A stretch of DNA of 64,000 bases from Eledone cirrhosa (taxonomy: Eukaryota): the NCBI GenBank assembly GCA_964016885.1, contig OZ024766.1, positions 14,322,001 to 14,386,000 of the forward strand, written 5' to 3'. The position numbers were made by a program, and so were the translations under genes. The notes beneath the pieces are model-generated. The model was not told where the DNA came from and did no database searches. It saw only the letters and a program-made list of their open reading frames with translations. Below are positions 25,721-38,068 of the stretch, one piece after another (the first letter of the stretch is position 1; the number at the start of each line of letters is the position of its first letter).

Positions 25721-26985
25721 CGAGTCAAGATATATGTGTGTGTGTGTATGTATGGAGGGGGAATATCAGGTGCAGTGTTAGCGAATTTCAGGCAACATGG
25801 AGGTTTTAAAGGATGCAGTGTCCCGGCAGCACACAACTGATGCGGGTAGTTTGTTCCATGCTTCAGTGAATTTCAGGAAGCATGGAGGTTTTAAAGGATG
25901 CAGTGTCTTGGCAGCACACAACTGATGCGGGTAGTTTGTTCCATGCTTCAGCAAATTTTTATATATATCGATTGACCAACAGTTAAAAAATATAAATATA
26001 AATATAGTTTCTCAGAGTTTTTTCATCACACATCTGTGACATCATCAGTGATATTTCTATGCTTGTCATATTCCTGTGATGTTTTCTTATTCTATTTTAT
26101 TTATTTGCAGTAGTTCCAACGTAAAAGACTTTCATAATAGTTGATCACTATAAATAACAGTTAGGAAAACCAGATAAAGTACATGTGGAGATAGAAAGAA
26201 GTAGACGGAGGGTCCTGTAAGGAACAGGTGCAAGTTTGCTTCCTTGCAAATACTTCTGTCTACATCTACCTTTCTCCTGAGATACTTTACTACCCACATT
26301 AACCTGTCACCTGTGGTCCATTACTGTCTACCAGGAATAATAATTGTTTCTACTTTAGGCACAAGGTCAGCAATTATCCCAGTGTATTACTGGTACTTTA
26401 TTTTATCGACCACGTAAGGATGAAAGGCAAAGTTAACTTCGGTGGGATTTGAACTCAGATTGTAAAGGGACATAACTATGCTGGAAAGCACGGCATCCGA
26501 CTCTCTACTGATACTGCCATAATATAGTTAGACTAGTTAGAAGTAGAAATAAAAGACTATTAAACATATGTAGTCATTAATAATATAGTTATACTAGTTA
26601 GTAGTAAAAGTGAAAGAGTAATACACCTATGTAGTCATTAATAATATAGTTATACTAGTTAGTAGTAAAAGTAAAAGAGTAATAAACCTATGTAGTCATT
26701 AATAATATAGTTATACTAGTTAGTAGTAAAAGTAAAAGAGTATTAAACATATGTAGTCATTAATAATATAGTTATACTAGTTAGTAGTAAAAGTGAAAGA
26801 GTAATAAACCTATGTAGTCATTAATAATATAGTTATACTAGTTAGTAGTAAAAATAAAAGAGTATTAAACATATGTAGCCATTAATAATATAGTTATACT
26901 AGTTAGTAGTAAAAGTAAAAGAGTAATAAACCTATGTAGACATTAACAATATAGTTATACTAGTTAGTAGTAAACGTAAAAGAGT
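25721..26985 (+). repeat. Near-identical copy of host intron segment 31906-33955, with fewer 61-bp satellite units
   Basis: Starts CGAGTCAAGATATATGTG as at 31906. Same order of CR1 fragment, unique sequence, SINE and 61-bp satellite. Confidence 0.92.
26345..26520 (-). mobile_element. tRNA-derived SINE (paralogous copy at 32533-32708)
   Basis: Same family as 7755-7937. Confidence 0.8.
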
Positions 26986-27259
26986 TTACAACAATCTGCA
27001 TTGTTGTGGCTTTCTTAAATTCGTATTTTACACATTTCACAATGCTTCAAGCAAACTTTAACACCCTCATATACATGTATGTATGTATATATATATATAT
27101 ATACATGTATGTATATATATATACATGTATATATATGTATATATATATATACATGTATATATATGTATATATATATATACATGTATATATATATGTATAT
27201 ATATATATATATATATACATGTATATGTATATATATATATACATGCAACAAAAAAAAAA

Positions 27260-29916
27260 CTACGTCCTAGTCAGGATGCGTGACAGACAGGATGTGCAGT
27301 GTGTTCGTGTTCTTCGTGGAGCTGAGTGCTGGACGGACCACCGCCTGGTACGCGCAAAAGTGAAACTAATCACCAAACGTAAAATCCGGGCTCCTGGTGT
27401 TGCCCTGCCCAAAAGATTGAATGCTGCTCGTCTTAAGGATAAAAATGTGAAGAGGACATTGGAAGAAGAGATGCAGGCTGCAGATCTTGGTGAGGATTGG
27501 CCGACCCTTAAAAAGTCGGTTTATGATGTAGGCAGGCGTGTTCTGGGATTGGTGCAGAGAAAACATCAGGACTGGTTTAATGAGAATGATGTACATATAG
27601 AAGACTTGTTGGCTGATAAGAGGCGTGCTCTGTCACGCTACTTGACGGCAAAACCACAGGAGAGGAATACGTTGCATGAGGAACTCAGGGATGTAAAATC
27701 ACGTGTTAGGCGGAGTCTTTCTCAGATGAAGGATCAGTGGTGGAGTGAGAAGGCTGGTGAGATACAAACTGCGTCTGATTGCAATAACACAAAGCTGTTG
27801 TACAGTCTCTTGCGTGAGGTTTATGGACCGTCTTCTTCTCTGGTGACACCGCTTCGCAGCAAGGATGGCAAAAAACTTCTTCGTGACTCACAGGGAATTC
27901 TATGAAGGTGGCGAGAGCACTTTGATGATCTTTTGAATCGGCCGTCTGTCGTCAGTGAAGATTTCCTCAATCTCATTCCAGAAAGTCCTGTGAAAGTAGC
28001 TCTCGCAGAACCTCCGACGCTTGTGGAGGTTGCAGTGGCTATTTCGAAGCTGAACAGTGGAAGATCTCCAGGTATGGATGGCATACATGCTGAGCTCCTA
28101 CAATATGGTGGTGAGAGACTCCTGCAACATCTTCACTCTCTGTTTGGAAGGATATGGGCTAATGAATCCGTGCCTGAGGACTGGAGAGATGCAGTAATGG
28201 TGGTCTTGTACAAGGGAAAGGGTAACAGGAATGATTGTGGGAACTACAGAGGTATATCATTGCTTTCTGTCGTAGGGAAAGTTTTATGTAGGGTGCTTCT
28301 GGACCGTCTGCTGACACACATTGCAGATTGTGTCCTTCCTGAAAGTCAATCTGGTTTTCGTGCTGGACGCGGCACTACTGATATGATCTTCTCAGCTAGA
28401 CAGCTCCAAGAGAAGTGCATTGAATAAGACTTGGATCTGTATCAGGTTTTTGTCGATCTGACAAAGGCTTTCGATACTGTCAACAGAGATGCATTATGGA
28501 AGGTTCTCCAGAAACTTGGTTGCCCTGATAAGTTCCTTGCTTTAGTTAGTGAAACAGGGGGATATTCCAGCACCGACCCTGTTTGCCATATACTTTGCAA
28601 TGGTTTTCTGTATTGCATTCAGGAATTGCGAGCATGGTGTTTACATCCGATATCGAACCTCAGGCAGCATATTTAACATCAGGCGCTTTGCGGCGAAGAC
28701 AAAAGTATTTACATCAGTCATAAGAGACCTCTTGTATGCAGATGATTGCGATCTTGTAGCGCACACAGAGAGTGATATGCAGCACATTTTGAATGTATTT
28801 TCTGACGCTTGCACTGCCCTGGGTTTGACTGTCAGTCTCAAGAAAACCGTCGTCATGTACCAACCTGCCCCTAGTAAGCAGTACACTGAACCAAACATCT
28901 ATGTGTATGGCAAACGACTTGGAGTGGTTGATCAGTTTGTCTACCTGGGAAGCACTGTCAATCGATACGGCAACCTTGACAGTGAAATCTCACTTAGGAT
29001 TAGGAAAGCAAGTGATGCTTTCGGAAAGCTAGAAAGGCGACTCTGGGGTCGGCGAGACATATGCAGGAGGACAAAGGTAAAGGTGTACAGGGCATGTGTA
29101 CTCTCTTGTCTTCTTTATGCCTGCGAGACCTGGGTCACATATCGACGCCACCTTAAGCAATTGGAGCGTTTCCATCAGATGTGTCTCAGACGGATCCATG
29201 GCGTTCACTGGAGGGACCACATCAGTGATGTCGAGATTTTGGAAAGCTCTATGTGTGACAGTATAGAAGCTCTTGTGCTTAAGCAACGACTCCGTTGGAG
29301 TGGTCACCTTGCCAGGATGAAGGATTCTAGAATACCAAAACAACTCTTCTATGGAGAGTTGGTTAAAGGAAAACGACCGCCACATAAACCAAAAAAGAGG
29401 TATAAGGATTCCTTGAAAGCCTCTCTGAAAGACGCTAACATCTCTGCTGATACATGGGAAAATATTGCTGCTGATCGTAATAAATGGAGAAAGACTGTAT
29501 ATGAGGGAAAAGTTGCCTTTGAGGCATCTCGAATCGCACACGAGAAAGTAAAGCGGGATGTGACGAAGGGCATTGCTGTTGCACTTCCAGACGGCGAGGG
29601 TCCTCCTATGGTGCTGACATGCAGCGTCTGTGCGAGACTCTGCCTAAGCAAAGCTGGACTCGAAAGTCATCTTCGCAGTCATAAAGTAAGACCAGTGGTT
29701 GACTACCAGGCTGCTGTTGGAGATGCTACTCATCATGCTTGCCAAACATGTGGTAGAGAATGTAAATCAGCAGGAGGGCTCAAGCGACATGCAAAAGTAC
29801 ATGAACTCCAACCACAGCCGACTATTCCCAGTGAATGTTTTGGTTGCCGACTCTGTGCAAGACATTTTAGATCATTGGCTGGGCTAAAAAGCCACATTCG
29901 ATCGCAGCACTGTTAG
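27260..29916 (+). mobile_element. 5'-truncated RTE/BovB-like LINE with three C-terminal C2H2 fingers, decayed
   Basis: [53 protein letters not shown] and YACETW; three CxxC..H..H fingers. Stops at 27903 and 28425, deletion at ~28545. Confidence 0.9.
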
Positions 29917-29922
29917 TTGCTA

Positions 29923-29963
<41 letters not shown>

Positions 29964-30264
29964 TATGTGCGTGCGTGTGTGTATATATATATGAATATGT
30001 ATATTATTATTATTGTTGTCGTTATTATTATTATTGCTATTATTATTATTATTATTATTATTGTTATTAATGTATGTGTGTGTGTATATGTGTGAGTGTA
30101 TGTGTATGTATGTGTGTATGTATATATGTATGTATGTATATATATATATATATATTTCTTTTTTTTTTATTTTTATTATTATTATTATTATTATTTTTTT
30201 ATTTTATTTTATTTTTTTTCTTCTCGTGCAATGGCCATACTCGATAACGAGGGGGCAGCCATCA

Positions 30265-30803
30265 TATATATGTATACAGACGTACAGTAGTATGTATATA
30301 TATACATACATGCACACATATATATATGCACGTATCAGTTTACCGAACATTTATTATAATGCTCGGTTTATTTGTTTGTAAACAAACAAACAGCCCGAAT
30401 TACACCGTACAGTGTTTAGGCAACCACGTCACCTTCGTTTCATTCTATTCCATTTATCGTTTTCGGTGTGCCCGGCCGACTGAACTCACTCAATATGCAA
30501 ATTAGGCTGCTCAGCCGTTAATATGCATAAGGAAAGTATATACTTTCAGATGTTCAACCATCTGGCAGGAAGGTATACAATGCTGACGATAGCTAATAAG
30601 CTTGGAATGAGTACATTGTTCCTGTGTCAGGGTTGAACAAAAACGTGACGTGGTTGCCTAAACACTGTACGGCGTAATTCGGGCTGTTTACAAACAAACA
30701 AACCGGACATTATAATAAATGTTCAGTAAACCGATACGTGCATATATATATGTGTGCATGTATGTATATATATACATACTACTGTACGTCTGTATACATA
30801 TAT
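30265..30803. mobile_element. MITE with ~165-bp terminal inverted repeats
   Basis: 30265-30432 is the reverse complement of 30645-30803, around a ~210-bp unique core. Confidence 0.8.
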
Positions 30804-30830
30804 GTATGTACGTATACATACATACATACT

Positions 30831-30892
<62 letters not shown>

Positions 30893-30893
30893 C

Positions 30894-30928
<35 letters not shown>

Positions 30929-31056
30929 ATTATATAGAACAATAAAATATGGCACCAGATGTTCAACCCAAGACCTTATGATTGAGAACAGCACACCTGT
31001 AACCTCTAAGCTATATATCTTCACACATACTTTCTGATAAAGACAGAAGTACCCAC

Positions 31057-31194
31057 CTGACTGACAGTTGTCTCCCCTGAAACCAGCTGCACATCCAACA
31101 CTAGAACACACCCCAGATTTAATGTCGCAATGATCGTTGTCAGCACAGTGGCACAAATACTGACAGTTCAAGCCAAAATAACCCTTTTTACATT
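31057..31194 (-). CDS. Multi-EGF (MEGF10/11/SCARF-like) gene, EGF exon 11 of 11 in window
   Basis: 138 bp, TTTCAG|..|GTGGGT, phase 1-1; ECKKGYFGLNCQYLCHCADNDHCDIKSGVCSSVGCAAGFRGDNCQS. Confidence 0.9.
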
Positions 31195-31304
31195 CTGAAA
31201 AAAAAAAAAAAAAGAAAATAGAATTATATACACAACATATATATAAAATAACACATATATACAATTATACACAGCTATAACATACATATACACAATTATA
31301 CATA

Positions 31305-31665
31305 ACTATAATGCCAATGTGCGTGAATGACCAAGCATAGACGAGTTGAGAAAGAAACTGGGTATAAGAGGGATAAGTTGTGGTGTGCAGGAGAGAAGGC
31401 TGAGCTGAGATGGTATGGACATGTGATGCGCATGGAGGATGACCGCTGGGTAAAGAAGTGCCAACAAATCCCAGTAGAAGGAAGACGCAGTAGAGGTAGA
31501 CCATGAAAAACATGGGCGGAGGTGGTGAGAGAAGACCTCAAATTGCTGAAACTCACGGAGGAGATGACAAGGGACCGTGACGAATGAAGAGATGCCATGC
31601 TTAATAAGACCCGTCCCACCCTTGCAAGCAGGGAAAAGCGGACGTAAAATGATGATGATGATGAT
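31305..31665 (+). mobile_element. 3' fragment of RTE-class LINE
   Basis: LRWYGHVMRM..GRP C-terminal motif and GAT tail; homologous to 36380-36600. Confidence 0.75.
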
Positions 31666-31849
31666 AATAATAAAATTATTGTGTACAGTGCTCAGGTGCA
31701 CTACAACTCATCAATGGTGAATGTATAGTACATTAGTGAACAGACAGTGAACAATGTATGAGTCATGAGATACACACAGACACATGCATGCGTGTGTATG
31801 GAGGGGGAATATCAGGTGTAGTGTTGGCGCAAAAAAAAAATAAAAGGAA

Positions 31850-31908
31850 ATGCTTACAGCACCTAGGTTTCTCAAGTGGTTTCCCATCTAAGTACTAACT
31901 AGGCTCGA
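31850..31908 (-). pseudogene. 5S rRNA-derived fragment (3' half)
   Basis: Reverse complement reads TCGAGCCTAGTTAGTACTTAGATGGGAAACCACTTGAGAAACCTAGGTGCTGTAAGCA followed by a T-run. This resembles the metazoan 5S 3' half (GTTAGTACTTGGATGGGAGACCGCCTGGGAATACCGGGTGCTGTAGGC). Confidence 0.75.
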
Positions 31909-31929
31909 GTCAAGATATATGTGTGTGTG

Positions 31930-32145
31930 TGTATGTATGTATGGAGGGGGAATATCAGGTGCAGGGTTGGCGAATTTCAGGCAACATGGAGGTTTTAAAG
32001 GATGCAGTGTCCCGGCAGCTAACAACTGATGCAGGTAGTTTGTTCCATGCTTCAGTGAATTTCAGGAAGCATGGAGGTTTTAAAGGATGCAGTGTCCTGG
32101 CAGCACACAACTGATGCAGGTATTTTGTTCCATACTTCAGCAAAT
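31930..32145 (-). mobile_element. CR1-type LINE 3' fragment; related fragments at 25745-25955, 31675-31830, 38595-38860 and 47000-47180
   Basis: Encodes EAWNKLPASVVSCRDTASFK, a CR1 ORF2 C-terminal motif, with a shared 3' UTR. Confidence 0.7.
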
Positions 32146-32708
32146 TTTTATATATATTGATTGACCAACAGTTAAAAAATATAAATATAAATATAGTTTC
32201 TCAGAGTTTTTTCATCACATATCTGTGACATCATCAGTGATATTTCTATGCTTGTCATATTCCTGTGATGTTTTCTTATTCTATTTTATTTATTTGCAGT
32301 AGTTCCAACGTAAAAGACTTTCATAATAGTTGATCACTATAAATAACAGTTAGGAAAACCAGATAAAGTACATGTGGAGATAGAAAGAAGTAGACGGAGG
32401 GTCCTGTAAGGAACAGGTGCAAGTTTGCTTCCTTGCAAATACTTCTGTCTACATCTACCTTTCTCCTGAGATACTTTACTACCCACATTAACCTGTCACC
32501 TGTGGTCCATTACTGTCTACCAGGAATAATAATTGTTTCTACTTTCAGCACAAGGTCAGCAATTATCCCAGTGTATTACTGGTACTTTATTTTATCGACC
32601 CCGTAAGGATGAAAGGCAAAGTTAACTTCGGCGGGATTTGAACTCAGATTGTAAAGGGACATAACTATGCTGGAAAGCACGGCATCCGACTCTCTACCGA
32701 TACTGCCA

Positions 32709-33960
32709 TAATATAGTTAGACTAGTTAGAAGTAGAAATAAAAGACTATTAAACCTATGTAGTCATTAATAATATAGTTATACTAGTTAGTAGTAAAAGT
32801 AAAAGAGTAATACACCTATGTAGCCATTAATAATATAGTTATATTAGTTAGTAGTAAAAGTAAAAGAGTAATAAACCTATGTAGTCATTAATAATATAGT
32901 TATACTAGTTAGTAGTAAAAGAGTAATAAACCTATGTAGTCATTAATAATATAGTTATACTAGTTAGTAGTAAAAGTAATAGAGTAATAAACCTATGTAG
33001 TCATTAATAATATAGTTATACTAGTTAGTAGTAAAAGTAAAAGAGTATTAAACATATGTAGTCATTAATAATATAGTTATACTAGTTAGTAGTAAAAGTG
33101 AAAGAGTAATACACCTATGTAGTCATTAATAATATAGTTATACTAGTTAGTAGTAAAAGAGTAATAAACCTATGTAGTCATTAATAATATAGTTATACTA
33201 GTTAGTAGTAAAAGTAATAGAGTAATAAACCTATGTAGTCATTAATAATATAGTTATACTAGTTAGTAGTAAAAGTAAAAGAGTATTAAACATATGTAGT
33301 CATTAATAATATAGTTATACTAGTTAGTAGTAAAAGTAAAAGAGTATTAAACATATGTAGTCATTAATAATATAGTTATACTAGTTAGTAGTAAAAGTAA
33401 AAGAGTATTAAACATATGTAGTCATTAATAATATAGTTATACTAGTTAGTAGTAAAAGTGAAAGAGTAATACACCTATGTAGTCATTAATAATATAGTTA
33501 TACTAGTTAGTAGTAAAAGTAAAAGAGTAATAAACCTATGTAGTCATTAATAATATAGTTATACTAGTTAGTAGTAAAAGTAAAAGAGTATTAAACATAT
33601 GTAGTCATTAATAATATAGTTATACTAGTTAGTAGTAAAAGTGAAAGAGTAATACACCTATGTAGTCATTAATTATTTAGTTATACTAGTTAGTAGTAAA
33701 AGTGAAAGAGTAATACACCTATGTAGCCATTAATAATATAGTTATACTAGTTAGTAGTAAAAGTAAAAGAGTAATAAACCTATGTAGACATTAATAATAT
33801 AGTTATACTAGTTAGTAGTAAACGTAAAAGAGTAATAAACATATGTAGACATTAATAATATAGTTATACTAGTTAGTAGTAAAAGTAAAAGAGTAATAAA
33901 CATATGTAGACATTAATAATATAGTTATACTAGTTAGTAGTAAACGTAAAAGAGTATTAA
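32709..33960. repeat. 61-bp minisatellite abutting the splice donor of exon 33967-34104
   Basis: About 20 units of TATGTAGTCATTAATAATATAGTTATACTAGTTAGTAGTAAAAGTAAAAGAGTAATAAACC. Confidence 0.95.
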
Positions 33961-33966
33961 ACCAAC

Positions 33967-34104
33967 CAGTTTGACAATCAGTTCCTATATAGCCTGGTTC
34001 ACAGTTGCCCTCTTCACAAACACCATTGGTTCTGTTGCAGTATTTACCTTCTTCACAATGACAAACCTTTTGACAGTTAGACCCAAAAGTATTGCTTGGA
34101 CAGA
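33967..34104 (-). CDS. Multi-EGF gene, EGF exon 10 (not in the ORF track)
   Basis: 138 bp, ATCCAG|..|GTTGGT; FCPSNTFGSNCQKVCHCEEGKYCNRTNGVCEEGNCEPGYIGTDCQT. Confidence 0.9.
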
Positions 34105-34313
34105 CTGGATGAAATAAAGGATCAAACAGAAATTTAGTAAATTTAACCCTTTAGCATTTACATTACTTTATATATATATACTATTGTATTTTTACAGTAA
34201 ACACTTTATCACATATTATGGAGACTACGAGATTTTGATGATGATATTATTTATTTTGAGAAGAATACCTTAATGTCAGTATTGGTGACCGGTTATTGAA
34301 AGAAGTCAATATA

Positions 34314-37197
34314 TAACCCTTTAGCATTTACATTACTCATAGACATTCAATGTAGAAGAGAATTGGGAGTTCCTAAAAAATAACTTACTAGAGGCGACGG
34401 ATGAGGTCTGTGGCTGGAGTAAGACCTCAAGCAGGAGGAGAGTGACTTGGTGGTGGAACAATAAGGTATATGAGGCAGTTAAGGCCAAGAGACAGGCATG
34501 GAAAGAATGGAAGAACGGGGGGAGCAGGGTAAATTACATAGAGAACAAGAGGGAAGCTAGGCGACAAGTATACTTAGCTAGGAGGGAAGCAGAGGATAGA
34601 AAATTCAAGCATGTTTTGCAATGTAAGGACCAGAAACAGGAGGTGTTCAAGATTGCGAGGTAGTGTGTCAGAGAGAATTGTGATGTCATTGGAGAGAAGT
34701 GTATCCGGAATGATAAAGGTGAGCTTGCCCTCACAAGTGCTGAGAAGAAAGATGCATGGAAGAGTCATTATGATAGATTACTAAATGAGGAGAATGCATG
34801 AGAAGAAGAGACCCTACCCCAAGTAGACCCTATAGAGGGGCCAGCAGTACAAGTCAGCAGCAGCGTAGTAAGTAAGGCAATCAAAGATATGAAGATGGGG
34901 AAGGCAACCGGTCCATCGGGTATAGCTGCCGAGATGCTGAAGGCATCTGGGTCTGTAGGTCACACTATAACCACACGTATTGTTAACCAGGTAATACTAG
35001 AAGGTATCATACCAAAAGATTGGTGCAGTAGCATTATTGTCAACTGCTACAAAGGTAAAGGTGATGCACTAGATAGAGGAAACTATAGAGGTATAAAGCT
35101 GATGGACCAGGTCATGAAAGTAACAGAAAGAGTTATAGCACAGTTGATTAGGGACCGGGTGAAACTAGATGAGATGCAATTTGGGTTTGTGCCAGGAAGA
35201 GGCACCACTGATGCCCTCATAAAGGCGATGCACTAGATAGAGGAAACTATAGAGGTATAAAGCTGATGGACCAGGTCATGAAAGTAACAGAAAGAGTTAT
35301 AGCACAGTTGATTAGGGACCAGGTGAAACTAGACGAGATGCAATTTGGGTTTGTACCAGGGAGAGGCACCACTGATGCCCTCTTCCTTGTGAGGCAGTTA
35401 CAGGAAAAAGTACCTAGCTAAAAGTAAGCCACTCTACCTGGCATTTGTCGACCTTGAGAAAGCCTTTGACAGAGTTCCACGTGCTGTAATCTGATGGGCT
35501 CTTAGAAAACTAGGAGTAGATGAATGGCTTGTGAAAGCGGTACAAGCCATGTATAGGGGAGCAGTCAGCAAAGTTAGGATTAGCAATGAGTATAGCGAGG
35601 AATTTAGCATACAGGTTGGGGTCCACCAGGGCTCTGTTCTTAGCCCCCTCCTGTTCATCATAGTCATGCAGGCAATAACGGAGGAGTTTAAGACCGGATG
35701 CCCATGGGAACTCCTGTATGCTGATGACCTCGCACTTATAGCTGAATCTATGGTAGAGCTAGAGAAGAAATTCGAAACTTTGAAGCAGGGACTAGAAAGA
35801 AAGGGTCTCAAAGTCAACATGATAAAGACTCAGGTCCTTGTAAGTAGACGAGAAAACAGAACCCAGATCCCCTCAGGGAAATGGCCTTGCTCAGTATGTA
35901 GGAAAGGTGTAGGTAGGAACTCGATTCTCTGCCCCAAATGCAAACAATGGGTACACAAGAGATGTAGCGGGATCTCAGGAAGCTTAATTAAGAATGTAGG
36001 CTTCACATGCAGCAGCTGTGCTGGGACAGCACGCAGCAAAAAGCCACAGGAAACAAGTACCACCAATCTCTCGGAGGGCTCTGTAGAAAGAGTAGACCGC
36101 TTCTGCTACCTAGGTGACCGAATTAGCAGCGGAGGTGGGTGTTCAGAAAGTACAATAACTAGGGTAAGAACGGGATGGAAGAAGCTTAGGGAACTACTAC
36201 CACTGCTAGCTGCAAAAGGCTTTTCCCTCAAAATGAAAGGCAGACTGTATGATGTGTGTATCCGAACAGCAATGTTGCATGGTAGTGAGACCTGGGTGCT
36301 GAAGGTGGAAGACTTACGTAGATTAGAGAGAAACGAAGCCTGCATGCTCCGATGGATGTGTAACAGTAATATACGTGAACGACAAAGCATAAATGAATTG
36401 AGAGAGAGACTGAGCATAAGAGGAATCAAATGCTGTGTGCAGGAGAGGCAGTTGCGTTGGTATGGACATGTGATGCGTATGAAGGATGACAGCTGCATAA
36501 AAAGGTGCAGAGCACTAGAAGTCGATGGAAACCGCGGAGTGGGGAGACCCAAGATGACCTGGGATGAGGTGATAAAAACGACCTTACCCAATTCCACCTC
36601 TCAAAGGCGATGACACACGACCGTGACCTCTGGCGTCTCGCAGTAATACAGAGTACCCAACCTCCCATGGGTACAAGCTGATGCATATAGACAATAAGCC
36701 CCCACACCCCCCACTTCAAGGTGGTCGTGGAGGTGCCACGGCAAAAAGCACCCAGCCCACACTGTAAAGTGGACGTGTAGGCGCCACGAAAAAGCACCCA
36801 GCACTCACTGTAAATGAGGTTGGTGTTAGGAAGGGCATCCAGCTGTAGAAATCAAGCCAAATCAGTTCCTGTATGAGCAAAGCATGGTCAGCCGACCAGA
36901 CACTGCCCACAACAGGACAACCCGTCTAACCCATGCTAGCGTGGAAGAACGGACGTAAAACGGTGATGATGATGATGATGATGATGATGATGACTCTATA
37001 TATACTATTGTATTTTCATGGTAAAGGCTTTACCTCACATAAGTATCTCATAATGTCGAATCTATGAGATTTTGATTTTATCTATTTTGAGAAGAATACC
37101 TTAATGTCAGTATGAGTGGCCAGTTATGGCCGGTTTCAACAGAAAGAGGTGAGAGGATTCTGGTCAGATATGGCCGGTTTAAATGCTAAAGGGTTAA
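34314..37197. mobile_element. piggyBac-like (TTAA, CCC..GGG) MITE split by a LINE; other copies at ~34143, 42399-42627 and 47545-47762
   Basis: TAACCCTTTAGCATTTA .. TAAATGCTAAAGGGTTAA termini; the internal sequence matches the uninterrupted copy at 42399-42627. Confidence 0.7.
34345..36992 (+). mobile_element. 5'-truncated RTE-X-like LINE (same family as 19392-22815), decayed, with a ~163-bp internal tandem duplication
   Basis: TWWWNNKV, GNYRGIKL, VHQGSVLSP, LLYADD, PHD-like finger and (GAT)n tail; 35058-35218 is repeated at 35221-35381. Confidence 0.9.
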
Positions 37198-37489
37198 ACA
37201 CCCCAGTGTTGAAATGTGGTAGTGCTGGTGCCATGATCAAGTGCACCAAGCCTACACTGGAAAATGGAAGTGTTTGATGCTGTGATAAAATGCATCCAGC
37301 CCATACTGTAAAGTGTTAGTGTGGTACCATGATAAAAGTAGCAAGACCACCCTGGCATGTGGTAAAGGTGGTGCCATGAGGAAATGCACCCAGTACATGC
37401 TGTGAGGTAGTGTTAGGAAGGGCATCCAACAATAGAAACTATGCTAGAGAAACACTGGCACACTTGGAAAATTAGAAGCACACAGGTAC

Positions 37490-38025
37490 AGTGGGAACAT
37501 CAGAGACACAGTGGGTACTCAAGAGGCACAATGGCTCACTGTGAACATCCAAAAGCACACTGGGATATTAGAGGCATACTGGCATACTGGGAACATTGGA
37601 GCACAGTGGGAACATCAGAGGCACACTGGAATATCAGTGGACACTAGGTACATAGGAGGCATACTGAGAACATCAGAGGCTCACTGGGCACATCAGAGAC
37701 ACACTGGGAATACAAGAGGCACACTGGGAACATCAGAAGCACAGTAGGCACATCCGAGGCACACTAGGTATATCAGAGACACACTGGGAACACAAGAGGC
37801 AGACTGGGAACATCAGAAGCACAGTGGGAACATCAGAAGCACAGTAGGTACATCAGAGGCACACTAGGTATATCAGAGACACACTGGGAACACAAGAGGC
37901 AGACTGGGAGCAGCAGAGGCACAGTTGGCACATCAGAGGCACACTAGGTATATCAGAGACACACTGGGAACACAAGAGGCAGACTGGGAGCATCAGAGGC
38001 ACAGTTGGCACATCAGGAGGCACGC
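37490..38025. repeat. Degenerate ~21-bp minisatellite (CAGAGGCACACTGGGAACAT-like)
   Basis: Visible tandem units. Confidence 0.85.
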
Positions 38026-38068
38026 TGTTAATAAATGAACATTTACAGTTTAAAATAAGCATACTAAC

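Larger units (their letters stand above)
22899..27070 (+). mobile_element. Penelope-like element with an inverted 5' pLTR (22899-23776) and an interrupted 3' pLTR (25391-25720 plus 26995-27070)
   Basis: 23447-23776 is the reverse complement of 25391-25720, and 22899-22974 is the reverse complement of 26995-27070. Internal RT/GIY-YIG ORF; (TA)n on both flanks. Confidence 0.88.
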
